From an uncultured Anaerolineae bacterium (GTDB lineage: Bacteria > Chloroflexota > Anaerolineae > Fen-1058), in NCBI GenBank assembly GCA_964651475.1, contig CAZYXV010000012.1:64001-124208 (forward strand): a DNA stretch of 60,208 nucleotides. The letters are read 5' to 3'. The translations under genes were made by a program, and so were the position numbers. A model generated the notes under the pieces. The model was not told the DNA's origin. It worked only from the letters and a program-made list of their open reading frames with translations, and did no database searches. Below, in pieces: positions 18,486 to 27,574 of this stretch (position 1 is the stretch's first letter; each line of letters starts with the position of its first letter).

Positions 18486-19817
18486 TTACAGATATTTGCT
18501 CTCCGCCTCGGTCAGCGCGTCTTCTAAAATTTCCAGCGCTTCGTCGGCCAAGTTCTTGGGCAGCATGAGAGGCGGCATAAAGCGCGTGGCGCTGCGCCCG
18601 CAGCCCAGGGTGAGGAGGCCGCGCTCGAAGCAGCCGTGCACCACGGCGTCGCGCAGGTCTTTGGCCGGCTCTTTGGTTTGCTTGTCTTTGATGAACTCGA
18701 TGCCAATCATCAGGCCCTTGCCGCGCACATCGCCAATCGAGGGATGGCGCATTTGGATCTCGGCCATGGCGTCCATCAAGTGCGCGCCTATCTCGACGGC
18801 GTTTTGCATGTAACCCTCTTCGATTAATTTGATCGTGGTCAGCGCGGCCGTGCAGGCCAGGGGGTTGCCGCCGTAGGTGTTGCCGTGCGCGCCGGGTTTC
18901 CACTTGTCAATGATTGAGGCGCGGGCGACCATCAGCCCCAGCGGCACGCCGCTGGCAATGCCTTTGGCCACGCACACGATATCCGGCTCGGTGCCCCAAT
19001 GCTCGATGGCCCACCACTTGCCGCTGCGTCCCACGCCGCTCTGCACTTCGTCGGCGATGAGCAGGATGCCGTACTTGTCGGCCAGCTTGCGCAGCTTGGA
19101 GAAAAAGTTGGGCGGCGGGACGATGTAACCGCCTTCGCCCTGGATCGGCTCGATAAGAAAAGCGGCTATTTCGTCGCCCGGAATGATATTGGCAAACAAG
19201 ACGTTTTCCAGGTAATTAATCACCGCGTCGCCCGTATCGCCGCCCGGCGGCGGGATGAGCACCGGGCGATACGGATCGGGGTAGGGGACGTGCGTCACGC
19301 CGGGCATGAGGGGAAAGAATCGCTCTTGCTGGGTGTACTTGCTGGCGGTAAAGGCCAGGCTGCCCATCGAGCGGCCGTGAAAGCCGCCCAAGAAGCCAAT
19401 AAAGCGCGGCCGCCCGGTGACGTAGCGCGCCAGCTTGATGGCGGCTTCGACTGACTCGGTGCCGGAATTGGCAAAGAACATGCGCACGTCTTCTTTCATC
19501 GGGGCGATCTCGTTTATCTTTTCGCCCAGGCGGATCATTGTATCGTGATAATAGTCCGACGAGATGTGGATGAATTTTTCGGCCTGCTGCTGGACGGCTT
19601 TGACGATTTCGGGATGCGCGTGCCCGGTTGAAAGCACGGCGATGCCGGCGGCAAAATCTATAAAGCGATTGCCGTCCACGTCCCAACATTCGGTGCCGCG
19701 GCCATAGTCCATCACAAACGCATAATCGCGCGGATACGAAGGCGAGGTGACCTTTTTATCGCGCGCAAGCATAGCCTGGGCCTTGGGGCCGGGCAGACTC
19801 ATTTTTTTGACTGACAT
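18486..19817 (-). CDS. gabT: Class III pyridoxal-phosphate aminotransferase (4-aminobutyrate aminotransferase-like)
   Basis: 443 aa. FIDFAAGIAVLSTGHAHPEIV, DEVQSGVGRSGKWWA and the GabT-like N-terminus (YPRDYAFVMDYGRGTECWDVDGNRFID). The gabT symbol is tentative. Confidence 0.8.
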   Translation of the reverse strand: MSVKKMSLPGPKAQAMLARDKKVTSPSYPRDYAFVMDYGRGTECWDVDGNRFIDFAAGIAVLSTGHAHPEIVKAVQQQAEKFIHISSDYYHDTMIRLGEKINEIAPMKEDVRMFFANSGTESVEAAIKLARYVTGRPRFIGFLGGFHGRSMGSLAFTASKYTQQERFFPLMPGVTHVPYPDPYRPVLIPPPGGDTGDAVINYLENVLFANIIPGDEIAAFLIEPIQGEGGYIVPPPNFFSKLRKLADKYGILLIADEVQSGVGRSGKWWAIEHWGTEPDIVCVAKGIASGVPLGLMVARASIIDKWKPGAHGNTYGGNPLACTAALTTIKLIEEGYMQNAVEIGAHLMDAMAEIQMRHPSIGDVRGKGLMIGIEFIKDKQTKEPAKDLRDAVVHGCFERGLLTLGCGRSATRFMPPLMLPKNLADEALEILEDALTEAESKYL

Positions 19818-20181
19818 TGCAAAACTCCTTTTTTAGCTCACAGATTCACACGGATGAACACGGATAATGTATAAAAATCCGCGTTACCCGCGACCAATCG
19901 GGAAACTCTACGATTATATAAAATTCAAAACGAGATGGCTCTGCATTGCAGAGTTAACGCGCAATCAAGTGCGGCGGAGGAGAGTTCACCTGTCAGCCGT
20001 GGAATGTTTAATGCGGGCGGCCCAGCGTAGGGCCTGGTCGTTGAGGAAATACATGGTATTACTGTGAAAAATTACTCGTATTACATAATCATCGCCGGGT
20101 AGGGTCCCTAGCCGACTGTATTGATTATACAACCCAATGGCGATTTTGTACACCCTTTCCTGGGGCGTAATTTCGTAACTC

Positions 20182-20217
20182 CCGCCCGATATCGGGCGGC
20201 CGCAAGGGCGCCCTTGC
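20182..20217 (-). terminator. Twin GC hairpins directly after the PAP2 gene stop
   Basis: GCAAGGGCGCCCTTGC and CCGCCCGATATCGGGCGG palindromes. No clear U-tract. Confidence 0.3.
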
Positions 20218-21252
20218 TCAGGCGAGGGCCAGTTTCTGGGCAAGTTGGCGCGCCAGCTCAAGCGGCCTATCCAGCCACGTGGCGCGGCTCACGGCCCACG
20301 CCGACAGCCCCCCCAGCCACGCGCCGGCCACGATATCGAGCGGAAAGTGGACGCCGCTGCACACGCGCGCCACGGCCATCGCGCCGGCCAGCGCCAGCAT
20401 CCACGTTCCCCACCGTCTCTCATACAGCCATACCGCCGCCGCCAGCGCCACGCTCACGGTTGCCGCGTTGCTGGGAAAGGACGAGTCGGAGGGATGGTAA
20501 AAGAGCAAAGTGACCGGCCAGGTGGTAAAGGGGCGCGGGCGAAAGTAGATCAGGTTAATCAACTTGAGGATAATGCTGGCTATTGCGAGCGCCAGCAAAG
20601 CTCGCAGCACGGTTGATTGGAGGGCGGCGCGTTGAGCCGGCGATGACCCGGCGAACCACAGCCCGAGCAGCGTCAGGACGAGTGCCGTGGGCACCATATA
20701 ATCGTTGATGAAAAATTGAAATATCCCGTCGAGCAAAGCAGAGCGCCCGGCCAGGCCATTGAGAATGCGAAAGAGCGGCAGGTCATACAGGCCGATCAAG
20801 GCAGAAAGTATCAAAGTGGAAAGTAGAAAGCGGAAGGTGGGATGCCGAAGCTGGTTTTGGAGAAAATGGCTTGCCTGGTCGGTGGAGGGACTGCTGATGG
20901 AGGGTGGGGCATCAACAAACATAGATCGTAACCGGGCCAGCCCGCGCGTCAGCCCTAATGCCAGCAAAACGGATAGCCCGAACAACGCCGTCAATTCTCC
21001 TCCGGCAGGACCCGGGGTGAGCAGTTCGGGTGCCAGGAACCAATAGATGGCGAACGCGCCAGCCGTCCACGCACAAGCCACGACAAAACCCGCACGCCAA
21101 TGATTCGACGGCGCTAAAAAGATCAAGGCTCGATTCTGGCTGGCCAGGGCGGCGGCTTGCAGCACGCCCAGCGCAGCCGCGACCGCAAAGAGTATATAAT
21201 TGATTGCCAGGTAAGCTGGAACGTAAGCGCGCATAGGCTCAATTATACACAA
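20218..21252 (-). CDS. Integral membrane PAP2-family lipid phosphatase
   Basis: 344 aa, multiple TM helices. C-terminal PAP2 motifs KxxxxxxRP (FRPRPF), PSDSSFPSNAAT (PSGH-like) and SGVHFPLD (SRxxxxxHxxxD). Confidence 0.75.
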   Translation of the reverse strand: MCIIEPMRAYVPAYLAINYILFAVAAALGVLQAAALASQNRALIFLAPSNHWRAGFVVACAWTAGAFAIYWFLAPELLTPGPAGGELTALFGLSVLLALGLTRGLARLRSMFVDAPPSISSPSTDQASHFLQNQLRHPTFRFLLSTLILSALIGLYDLPLFRILNGLAGRSALLDGIFQFFINDYMVPTALVLTLLGLWFAGSSPAQRAALQSTVLRALLALAIASIILKLINLIYFRPRPFTTWPVTLLFYHPSDSSFPSNAATVSVALAAAVWLYERRWGTWMLALAGAMAVARVCSGVHFPLDIVAGAWLGGLSAWAVSRATWLDRPLELARQLAQKLALA

Positions 21253-22981
21253 AACTTTTGTACTTGTGCATCAGGTGGTGATATAGCTCGACGGGGCCGC
21301 GCGGCGGTGGTCCCGCCTGTGGATCGGCTGCCGGCACGATGATAAAAGGCTCGTTTTGCAGGCCGCCAATCCCGCCGTGCGTGCCGGCCTGGTCTTCAAA
21401 GGTGATGACGTGGCCATTGGCTTCCCACGCCCCGAGTAAAATCAAATCGCCGCTGTGCGGAAAGTGTGCCAGGCGAATCAGGTCGCGCGCGAAACCGTCT
21501 GGGTCGGTCAATGTTGCCAGTGGATCCACGCCGCTGATGGATACCTGGCCGCCAAAATGCGCGCGCGTTCCGCCGCGCCCGATGATGGATATTTCACGCT
21601 TTCCCTGTTTATCGTCTTCGCGCCCAATCACCAGGCCAATGCCGGGGTGTTCGATGAGGCGATTGAGCAGGGCCGGGTAGAGAACGGCAATCTCGCTCAG
21701 GTTCAAGCGGCGAGGTGTCACGTTAAAATAAACGTGAGCCAGCCCGCCCGAAGAACGCACCACAATATCGCTCCGCCGTCCAACATCCATATCCAGAAAT
21801 TCCGGGTCGGTCGGGGCGCGGCGTTCGAGCGCGCGCCGGGCGCGGCGCACGATGGCCGCGCTGTGGTTCGATAGGCGTGTTTCAAATACACCCAGCTCGT
21901 TGAGCAGGTATTGAGCATGTGCCGCTGGCTGCTTCTCCGCATCGGCGCGCTCGTCCAGGGCGAGCGCTTCGCCAATGCTGCTCAAGATAAATTGTCCCAA
22001 TGTTTGGCCGAAACGCGCCTGGAAGGGAGTGGATGGGCTTGCGCCGTGATCTGACAGAATATACATGTCATAGGCATAGCGCCGGTATTGCTTGCGCATG
22101 CGGTTGATGTGGTGAAAATAGGCGTCTATGTGCCGCAAAGTGCGCATGGTTTCTGGATGGTCCGGCCCATAGTGGTGCGCGCTGTCGTCGTAGCCGTAAT
22201 AGGTTGTATAGATGATGGGCACGCCGCGATAGATGTCCAGCATCACGCCAAAGGTTTGCATTTCGGCAAAGACGACGTCTATGACGATGCGCAGCAGCGG
22301 CGATGACCAACCCGTTGGAGGCAAAACTTGAGCGTGGAATAACGCCGACACACGGTGGGCCAGGTCGCGCGCGTATTCGTGGATGGAGCGGGCAAACACG
22401 CGCAGCACGCGTCCGGGGCTGAACAAAAAGAGCAGCGCAAAGCCCAGCCCGCGCACGTTGTTGAAAAAGGTGCTGCCCAGCGCGCTGACCGTGAACACGG
22501 CCAGGCTGGCGTCGCCGTCGAACAAGTTGGTGTAACTCGATCCGCCGCGCAACAAGCCGCCTTCGCTGCGGCGCAGCCGTTTGCTCATTGCCAGCAGTTG
22601 GTCGGGGCGCTTGCACACGATGGAAACGCCGCGCTCCTTTTCGTACCATCGAAACCCCGGAATGTCATAGTTATCGCCGTACAAGATGCCGGCCTGCGTG
22701 GCGGGGGTAGTGCTGGGCAGCCCGCAATGCCAGCGAGTGAGGTAAAGGTGGTCGTCATCCAGGGCGCGATGTAGATGCGGCATATACCCTTGAGCCAGGG
22801 CTGTTTGAAGATGAGAGTAGCTCAGACCATCTATTTGAATAATGACCGTTCGAGGTGAATCGGGATGGTCGTCTAGCTCCGGGCGCCCCAGCTGATGAGC
22901 CAGGGCGCGGTATTTGCGAGAGTAATAGAACTGGGTGGCCGCACGAGTCAAATCAATGATCTTGCGAGCCAACCAACTCAT
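21239..22981 (-). CDS. Alkaline-phosphatase-superfamily protein (type I phosphodiesterase/nucleotide pyrophosphatase-like), membrane-associated
   Basis: 580 aa. VIIQIDGLSYSHL and GLPSTTPATQAGILYGDNYDIPGF metal-site motifs. Internal hydrophobic segment. The 3' end overlaps the PAP2 gene start by 14 nt. Confidence 0.65.
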   Translation of the reverse strand: MSWLARKIIDLTRAATQFYYSRKYRALAHQLGRPELDDHPDSPRTVIIQIDGLSYSHLQTALAQGYMPHLHRALDDDHLYLTRWHCGLPSTTPATQAGILYGDNYDIPGFRWYEKERGVSIVCKRPDQLLAMSKRLRRSEGGLLRGGSSYTNLFDGDASLAVFTVSALGSTFFNNVRGLGFALLFLFSPGRVLRVFARSIHEYARDLAHRVSALFHAQVLPPTGWSSPLLRIVIDVVFAEMQTFGVMLDIYRGVPIIYTTYYGYDDSAHHYGPDHPETMRTLRHIDAYFHHINRMRKQYRRYAYDMYILSDHGASPSTPFQARFGQTLGQFILSSIGEALALDERADAEKQPAAHAQYLLNELGVFETRLSNHSAAIVRRARRALERRAPTDPEFLDMDVGRRSDIVVRSSGGLAHVYFNVTPRRLNLSEIAVLYPALLNRLIEHPGIGLVIGREDDKQGKREISIIGRGGTRAHFGGQVSISGVDPLATLTDPDGFARDLIRLAHFPHSGDLILLGAWEANGHVITFEDQAGTHGGIGGLQNEPFIIVPAADPQAGPPPRGPVELYHHLMHKYKSFVYN

Positions 22982-23931
22982 TGTGTCGGGGTGGCGTCCA
23001 ACGCCAGGGCCAGCGCGCCCAATAGTCCCACGTCGCCGCCCAACACGGCCGGCACAATGGGCACGACGTATTCGGGGCGCATCACCCGCTCGGTCACCAC
23101 GCGGCGGATCGGTTCAAACAGCAGGGGGCCGGTTTGAGTGACGCCGCCTCCCAGGATGACGATGGAAGGATTAAAGGCGTGGAGCAAGTTGACGATGCCA
23201 ACGCCGATGGCGAAACCGGCGCGCGCCAACAACTCGCACGCCAGCTCGTCGCCCGCGGCGGCAGCCTGCCCTACAATCTCTGCCGTCACGTTGTCCAGGC
23301 GGCCATTGGCAAGTTGCGTAATCGCGCTTGGGCGCCCGGCGGCAAGCTGCGCCGCGGCTTGTTCGGCAATCGCCGGGCCGGCAGCCAGCTTTTCCAGGCA
23401 GCCGTAATTTCCGCAATTGCAGCGCGGGCCGTCGAGCTGGATGCTGATGTGGCCCAGCTCGGCCGCCAGCCCGTGCGCGCCCAGCAGCAGCCGTCCGCCG
23501 ATGATGACGCCGCCGCCAATGCCGGTGCTGATGGTGAGATAGACCAGATCGTCGTGGCCGCGTCCGGCCCCAAAGTGCCACTCGGCCAGGGCGGCCAGGT
23601 TGGCGTCGTTGCCCAGGTGCGTTGGCACGCTAAATCGCTGCACCAGGATATCGCGCAGCGGCACGCGATCCCAGCCGGGCAAATTAGGGCCAGCCAGTAC
23701 AATGCCTTGCCAGGGGTCGAGGGGGCCTGGCGCGGTGATGCCGATGGCAAGAATGCCTTCCGCCGGCCAGACGGCGGCGATGGCCTGTTGGATGCGTTGG
23801 ATAACCGCTGCGGGGCCTTCGTGCGCCAGGGTTAACGTCTGAAAGCGCGCTTCGATGGTTCCATCGGGCTGGCAACGTGCGGCGCGAATCTGCGTTCCGC
23901 CCAGATCCACGGCGATATAGTTGTTGGGCAT
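22978..23931 (-). CDS. glk: ROK-family glucokinase
   Basis: 317 aa. IAVDLGGTQIRAA N-terminus and Zn motif CNCGNYGCLE. Shares a 4-nt overlap with the upstream gene. Confidence 0.85.
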   Translation of the reverse strand: MPNNYIAVDLGGTQIRAARCQPDGTIEARFQTLTLAHEGPAAVIQRIQQAIAAVWPAEGILAIGITAPGPLDPWQGIVLAGPNLPGWDRVPLRDILVQRFSVPTHLGNDANLAALAEWHFGAGRGHDDLVYLTISTGIGGGVIIGGRLLLGAHGLAAELGHISIQLDGPRCNCGNYGCLEKLAAGPAIAEQAAAQLAAGRPSAITQLANGRLDNVTAEIVGQAAAAGDELACELLARAGFAIGVGIVNLLHAFNPSIVILGGGVTQTGPLLFEPIRRVVTERVMRPEYVVPIVPAVLGGDVGLLGALALALDATPTQ

Positions 23932-24204
23932 GGGGTGACCTCCTGATCAACGTTCAGCGATAAGTATACCCCGCTTTGCGGAAAACGCCAAAGTCAATGG
24001 GCGCCCTGGCGCATCCCAATAGACACACGCGCACCTGGCGTCGTCTCACAATGTAGGGACGAACCCTTGTGGTCGCCCTGGTGGGCAGGTGCAAGGCCTG
24101 CCCCTACCCGAATAATTGACAAGATACCGTGTTGGTTTCTTGCGCTTCAGGCCAAAGAGCGTATACTTGGCATGCTGACCTAATTCTACACAGGAGCGAC
24201 CAAT

Positions 24205-25062
24205 ATGATCATTAACTCGCCCAGCGTGCGGATTGTTACAGACACAACCGCGGTCCTTCCGCAGGAATACATCGCGGCGCATCCTATCGAGGTTGTGCCC
24301 CAGGTCATTCTTTTTGGCGAAGAGAGTTATTTGGAGGATGCCGAAATCAGTTATGCCGAATTCATCCGCCGGCTAAAAGCGTCCGCGCAATTGCCCAAGA
24401 CGGCCGCCCCGCCGCCGGGCCTGATGATTGAAGCGTACCGGCGGCAGTTGGCGCAGGCCCGGACGATTATTTCCATTCATCCTTCAGTAGAGGTGAGCGG
24501 CACAGTTCGTTCGGCGCAGATAGCCAAAGAAGAAGCGTTCCCCAATGCCGATATCCGCATCCTGGATACGCGCGCTATTGCGGGCAACCTGGCGACGCTG
24601 GTGATGCTGGCGGTGGCGTGGGCCGAAAGCGGCGTGAGCGCCGACGAGATTATGGCGCGGCTGCGGGCCACGATCCCGCGCGGGCGAACCTACTTTCTGG
24701 TGGCCACGCTGGAATACTTGCAAAAAGGCGGGCGCATCGGCGGCGCGGCGGCGCTGGTTGGCAGCGCGCTGCAAATCAAGCCCATCCTCGAGATTCGGGA
24801 TGGGCGCGTCGAGGCGCTGGAAAAAGTGCGGACGCACAAGCACGCCTTTGAGCGTGTCAAGGAGTTGGTGGCCGAACAATGCCCTCGCGCGCCCGAGTCG
24901 CACTTGTGTGTTATGCAGGCTGATGCCCTCGAGATGGCGCAGCGCTTGGCCGGCGAGCTGGGGGCGGCGTTGAGGTTGGGCCACATTCCTATATATAACC
25001 TGGGCGCGTCTATCACCACGCACGGCGGGCCGGGGACGCTGGCGGTGGGATTTTTTGCCTGA
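24205..25062 (+). CDS. DegV-family (EDD-fold) fatty-acid-binding protein
   Basis: 285 aa. IVTDTTAVLPQEYIAAHPIEVVPQVILFG, GTYFLVATLEYLQKGGRIG. Confidence 0.8.
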   Translation: MIINSPSVRIVTDTTAVLPQEYIAAHPIEVVPQVILFGEESYLEDAEISYAEFIRRLKASAQLPKTAAPPPGLMIEAYRRQLAQARTIISIHPSVEVSGTVRSAQIAKEEAFPNADIRILDTRAIAGNLATLVMLAVAWAESGVSADEIMARLRATIPRGRTYFLVATLEYLQKGGRIGGAAALVGSALQIKPILEIRDGRVEALEKVRTHKHAFERVKELVAEQCPRAPESHLCVMQADALEMAQRLAGELGAALRLGHIPIYNLGASITTHGGPGTLAVGFFA

Positions 25063-25074
25063 AAGGTTAGCGCC

Positions 25075-25905
25075 ATGGAAATCAACTTTGCGCTGAATTA
25101 TTCGCAGCAGGCGGCCGCTTTGCTGAGCAAAGGCGTGATCCAGGTAGATTTGTTCAAGTGCCCCGAATGGCCCGACGCGGTGGCCGCCGCCAGCGCGCAT
25201 TGCCCCGTTTACGTTCATTGGGGGCTTCGGGCCGGTTCGGGCGGTATGGACCAGGTGGATTGGGGAAGCGTCGAGGCGTTTTTGGCGCAGACGTGCACCC
25301 GTTACGTCAATCTTCACCTGTACCCGCGCATTGCCGATTTTACCGACGCGCCGTTCGACCCGGCTAATCCCCCACACATTGACGAAACCCGCGTGCTCGA
25401 GCGCATGTTGGGCGATGTGGCGGGCGTCGTCGAGCGCTTTGGGCCGGAGCGCGTCATTGTGGAAAACGTGCCTTATCCCGACCCAATCAGTGTGATTTCA
25501 CCTTGCGGCGTTTACACGCAGGTCATTGGCCAGATCGTTTCTGAAACAGGCTGCGGATTTTTGTTGGATTTGTCTCACGCTCGCCTGGCGGCCCGCGGCC
25601 TGGGGATGGACGAGCGCGAATACATCGCCCGCCTGCCAGTGGACCGGCTGCGCGAATTACACGTGACGGGTCTGCAGTACGAGGGCGAGAAATTGTACGA
25701 CCACATGCCCATGGCGGATGGTGATTGGCCGGCGTTCGAGTGGGCGCTGGCCAACGTACGCGCCGGGCAGTGGGCCAGGCCGTGGATGGTAACGTTCGAG
25801 TACGGCGGCATTGGCGCGTGGTTTGCCGAGCACACCGACGCGGCCGTTTTGGCGGCGCAGACGCCCCGGCTGTACCAGCTTGTCAAGCAAGCTTTTACCG
25901 CCTGA
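25075..25905 (+). CDS. DUF692/UPF0276-family TIM-barrel protein (MbnB/TglH/HvfB-like putative non-heme iron enzyme)
   Basis: 276 aa. From memory it matches DUF692 landmarks: CPVYVHWGL, VENVPYPD, FLLDLSHA...YIARLPVDRLRELHVTG (compare LLLDVNN...YLDRLPLERVRQIHLAGH in UPF0276 proteins). Starts 12 nt after degV. Confidence 0.55.
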   Translation: MEINFALNYSQQAAALLSKGVIQVDLFKCPEWPDAVAAASAHCPVYVHWGLRAGSGGMDQVDWGSVEAFLAQTCTRYVNLHLYPRIADFTDAPFDPANPPHIDETRVLERMLGDVAGVVERFGPERVIVENVPYPDPISVISPCGVYTQVIGQIVSETGCGFLLDLSHARLAARGLGMDEREYIARLPVDRLRELHVTGLQYEGEKLYDHMPMADGDWPAFEWALANVRAGQWARPWMVTFEYGGIGAWFAEHTDAAVLAAQTPRLYQLVKQAFTA

Positions 25906-27574
25906 GAAACCTTCGTTCCAATTCTTCCAGTTTCACTATGACAAAGACCGGGCGGCCGTGCGGGCAGGCGGCGGGGGAATAAGCCCGCCGCAGTTCGTCC
26001 AGGAGCGCCTGTTGTTGGGCCGGCTCCAAAACGTCGCCGGCTTTGACCGCGCTGAGGCAGGCGGCTTTGGCGGCGAGTTTATCGCGCAGCGCGTCGCCCT
26101 CAAGCGCGCGGTGCCGCGTGTGTTCCTGGACGAGTGCGGTGATGAGTTCAGGCGGGTCGAGTTGGATGAACGCGGGCAGGGCGTTCAGCCGTATAGTGTT
26201 TTCTCCAAACGGTTCGAGATCAATCCCCACAGCGCCATAGTCTTCCAGGTGTTGGTTCAATAATCGCGCCTCGTCTGGCATCAAGGTCAGGGGCGCTGTT
26301 CTGAGCGGCGTCCGGCTGAACATCCCGGCGATCAATCGTTCGTAAAAGATTTGCTCTTGCGCGGCGTGTTGGTCCACAATCACCAGCCCATCGGCGCTCT
26401 GCGCCAGGATAAAGGTGTTGTGAATTTGTCCCACGGCGCGCCAGTCGCCGGCGCTGGGGACAGCGCCGCTGTCCCCAGCGCCGCCGTAACCGGCGGGCGA
26501 TTCGCGCAGCGCCGGGTCGCCGCCTGCCTCCGAAATGGGCGTATCCGCAAAAGGCCAGGCTGTGAATCCTGCTGAAACGGTGCAGGGAAATTCCCGCAGC
26601 GCTTGCGTGACGGCTTGTGTGACCGCGCCATAGATAGCGCGCTCCTGGTAAAAGCGCACCTCAGCTTTGCGCGGATGCACGTTCACGTCCACCAGGGTGG
26701 GATCGAGTTCAATCCACATCGCGGCCAGCGGGTAGCGATTGGGCGGGAAGCGGCCGGCGTAGGGGCGTTCCAGCATCACGGCCAAAAGCCCTGAACGGAT
26801 TGGGCGATTGTTGACGAAAAACGCCTGCCAGTCGCGGCTGGCGCGCGCTAACCCAGGCCGCGAAACAAAGCCGCGCACGCGCAAATCCACGCTAGAATAA
26901 TCTACCGCAATCATTTCCGCTGCGGCCTCGCGGCCCCACGCCATCCCAACTCGTTCCAGCGGAGTTGCGGCGGGCCAGGCAAAACGCTCCCGGCCATCTA
27001 CCACAAAACGGAACGCAACGTGCGGATAGGCCAGCGCGTACAGCAAGACCGTCTTTTGAATCAGCTCGGTTTCGCGCAGCGGCGCTTTGAGGAATTTCCG
27101 CCGGGCGGGCGCGTTGTGGAACAGGTTGCGCGCTGCCACCTGCGTGCCAATTGGCGCGCCAGCGACTTGGGTTTCGATCTTTCCCTCTATTACGCGGGCG
27201 CGCACACCTTCAATCTGATCGCGCGTCCGCGTTAAAATCTCTAGCTGCGTCACGCTGGCAATCGCCGCCAGCGCTTCGCCCCGAAAACCGAGCGTCTTGA
27301 TGGCGCCCAGGTCTTGCAGCGTGCTTACTTTGCTGGTGGCAAAGCGTTCGACGGCGAGCGCGGCGTCTGGCGGCGACATGCCGCTCCCATCGTCGCTCAC
27401 ACAGATGAGAGCCACGCCGCCCTCGCGAATCTCGACGGAAATGGCGCGCGCCCCGGCGTCAATGGCGTTTTCGATCAACTCTTTTACCACCGACGCGGGG
27501 CGCTCGACCACCTCGCCCGCCGCGATGTGGCTTGCGACGGATTTGTCCAGGATGCGGATGTGCTGCTCGCTCAT
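25895..27574 (-). CDS. mutL: DNA mismatch repair protein MutL
   Basis: 559 aa. IRILDKSVASHIAAGEVVERPASVVKELIENAIDAGA GHKL ATPase N-terminus. Confidence 0.95.
   Translation of the reverse strand: MSEQHIRILDKSVASHIAAGEVVERPASVVKELIENAIDAGARAISVEIREGGVALICVSDDGSGMSPPDAALAVERFATSKVSTLQDLGAIKTLGFRGEALAAIASVTQLEILTRTRDQIEGVRARVIEGKIETQVAGAPIGTQVAARNLFHNAPARRKFLKAPLRETELIQKTVLLYALAYPHVAFRFVVDGRERFAWPAATPLERVGMAWGREAAAEMIAVDYSSVDLRVRGFVSRPGLARASRDWQAFFVNNRPIRSGLLAVMLERPYAGRFPPNRYPLAAMWIELDPTLVDVNVHPRKAEVRFYQERAIYGAVTQAVTQALREFPCTVSAGFTAWPFADTPISEAGGDPALRESPAGYGGAGDSGAVPSAGDWRAVGQIHNTFILAQSADGLVIVDQHAAQEQIFYERLIAGMFSRTPLRTAPLTLMPDEARLLNQHLEDYGAVGIDLEPFGENTIRLNALPAFIQLDPPELITALVQEHTRHRALEGDALRDKLAAKAACLSAVKAGDVLEPAQQQALLDELRRAYSPAACPHGRPVFVIVKLEELERRFLRR

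Noticed and set aside
24111-24166. TTGACA and TATACT hexamers upstream of degV
   Set aside because: The spacing between them is about 39 nt, so they do not form one promoter. The degV promoter is left uncalled.
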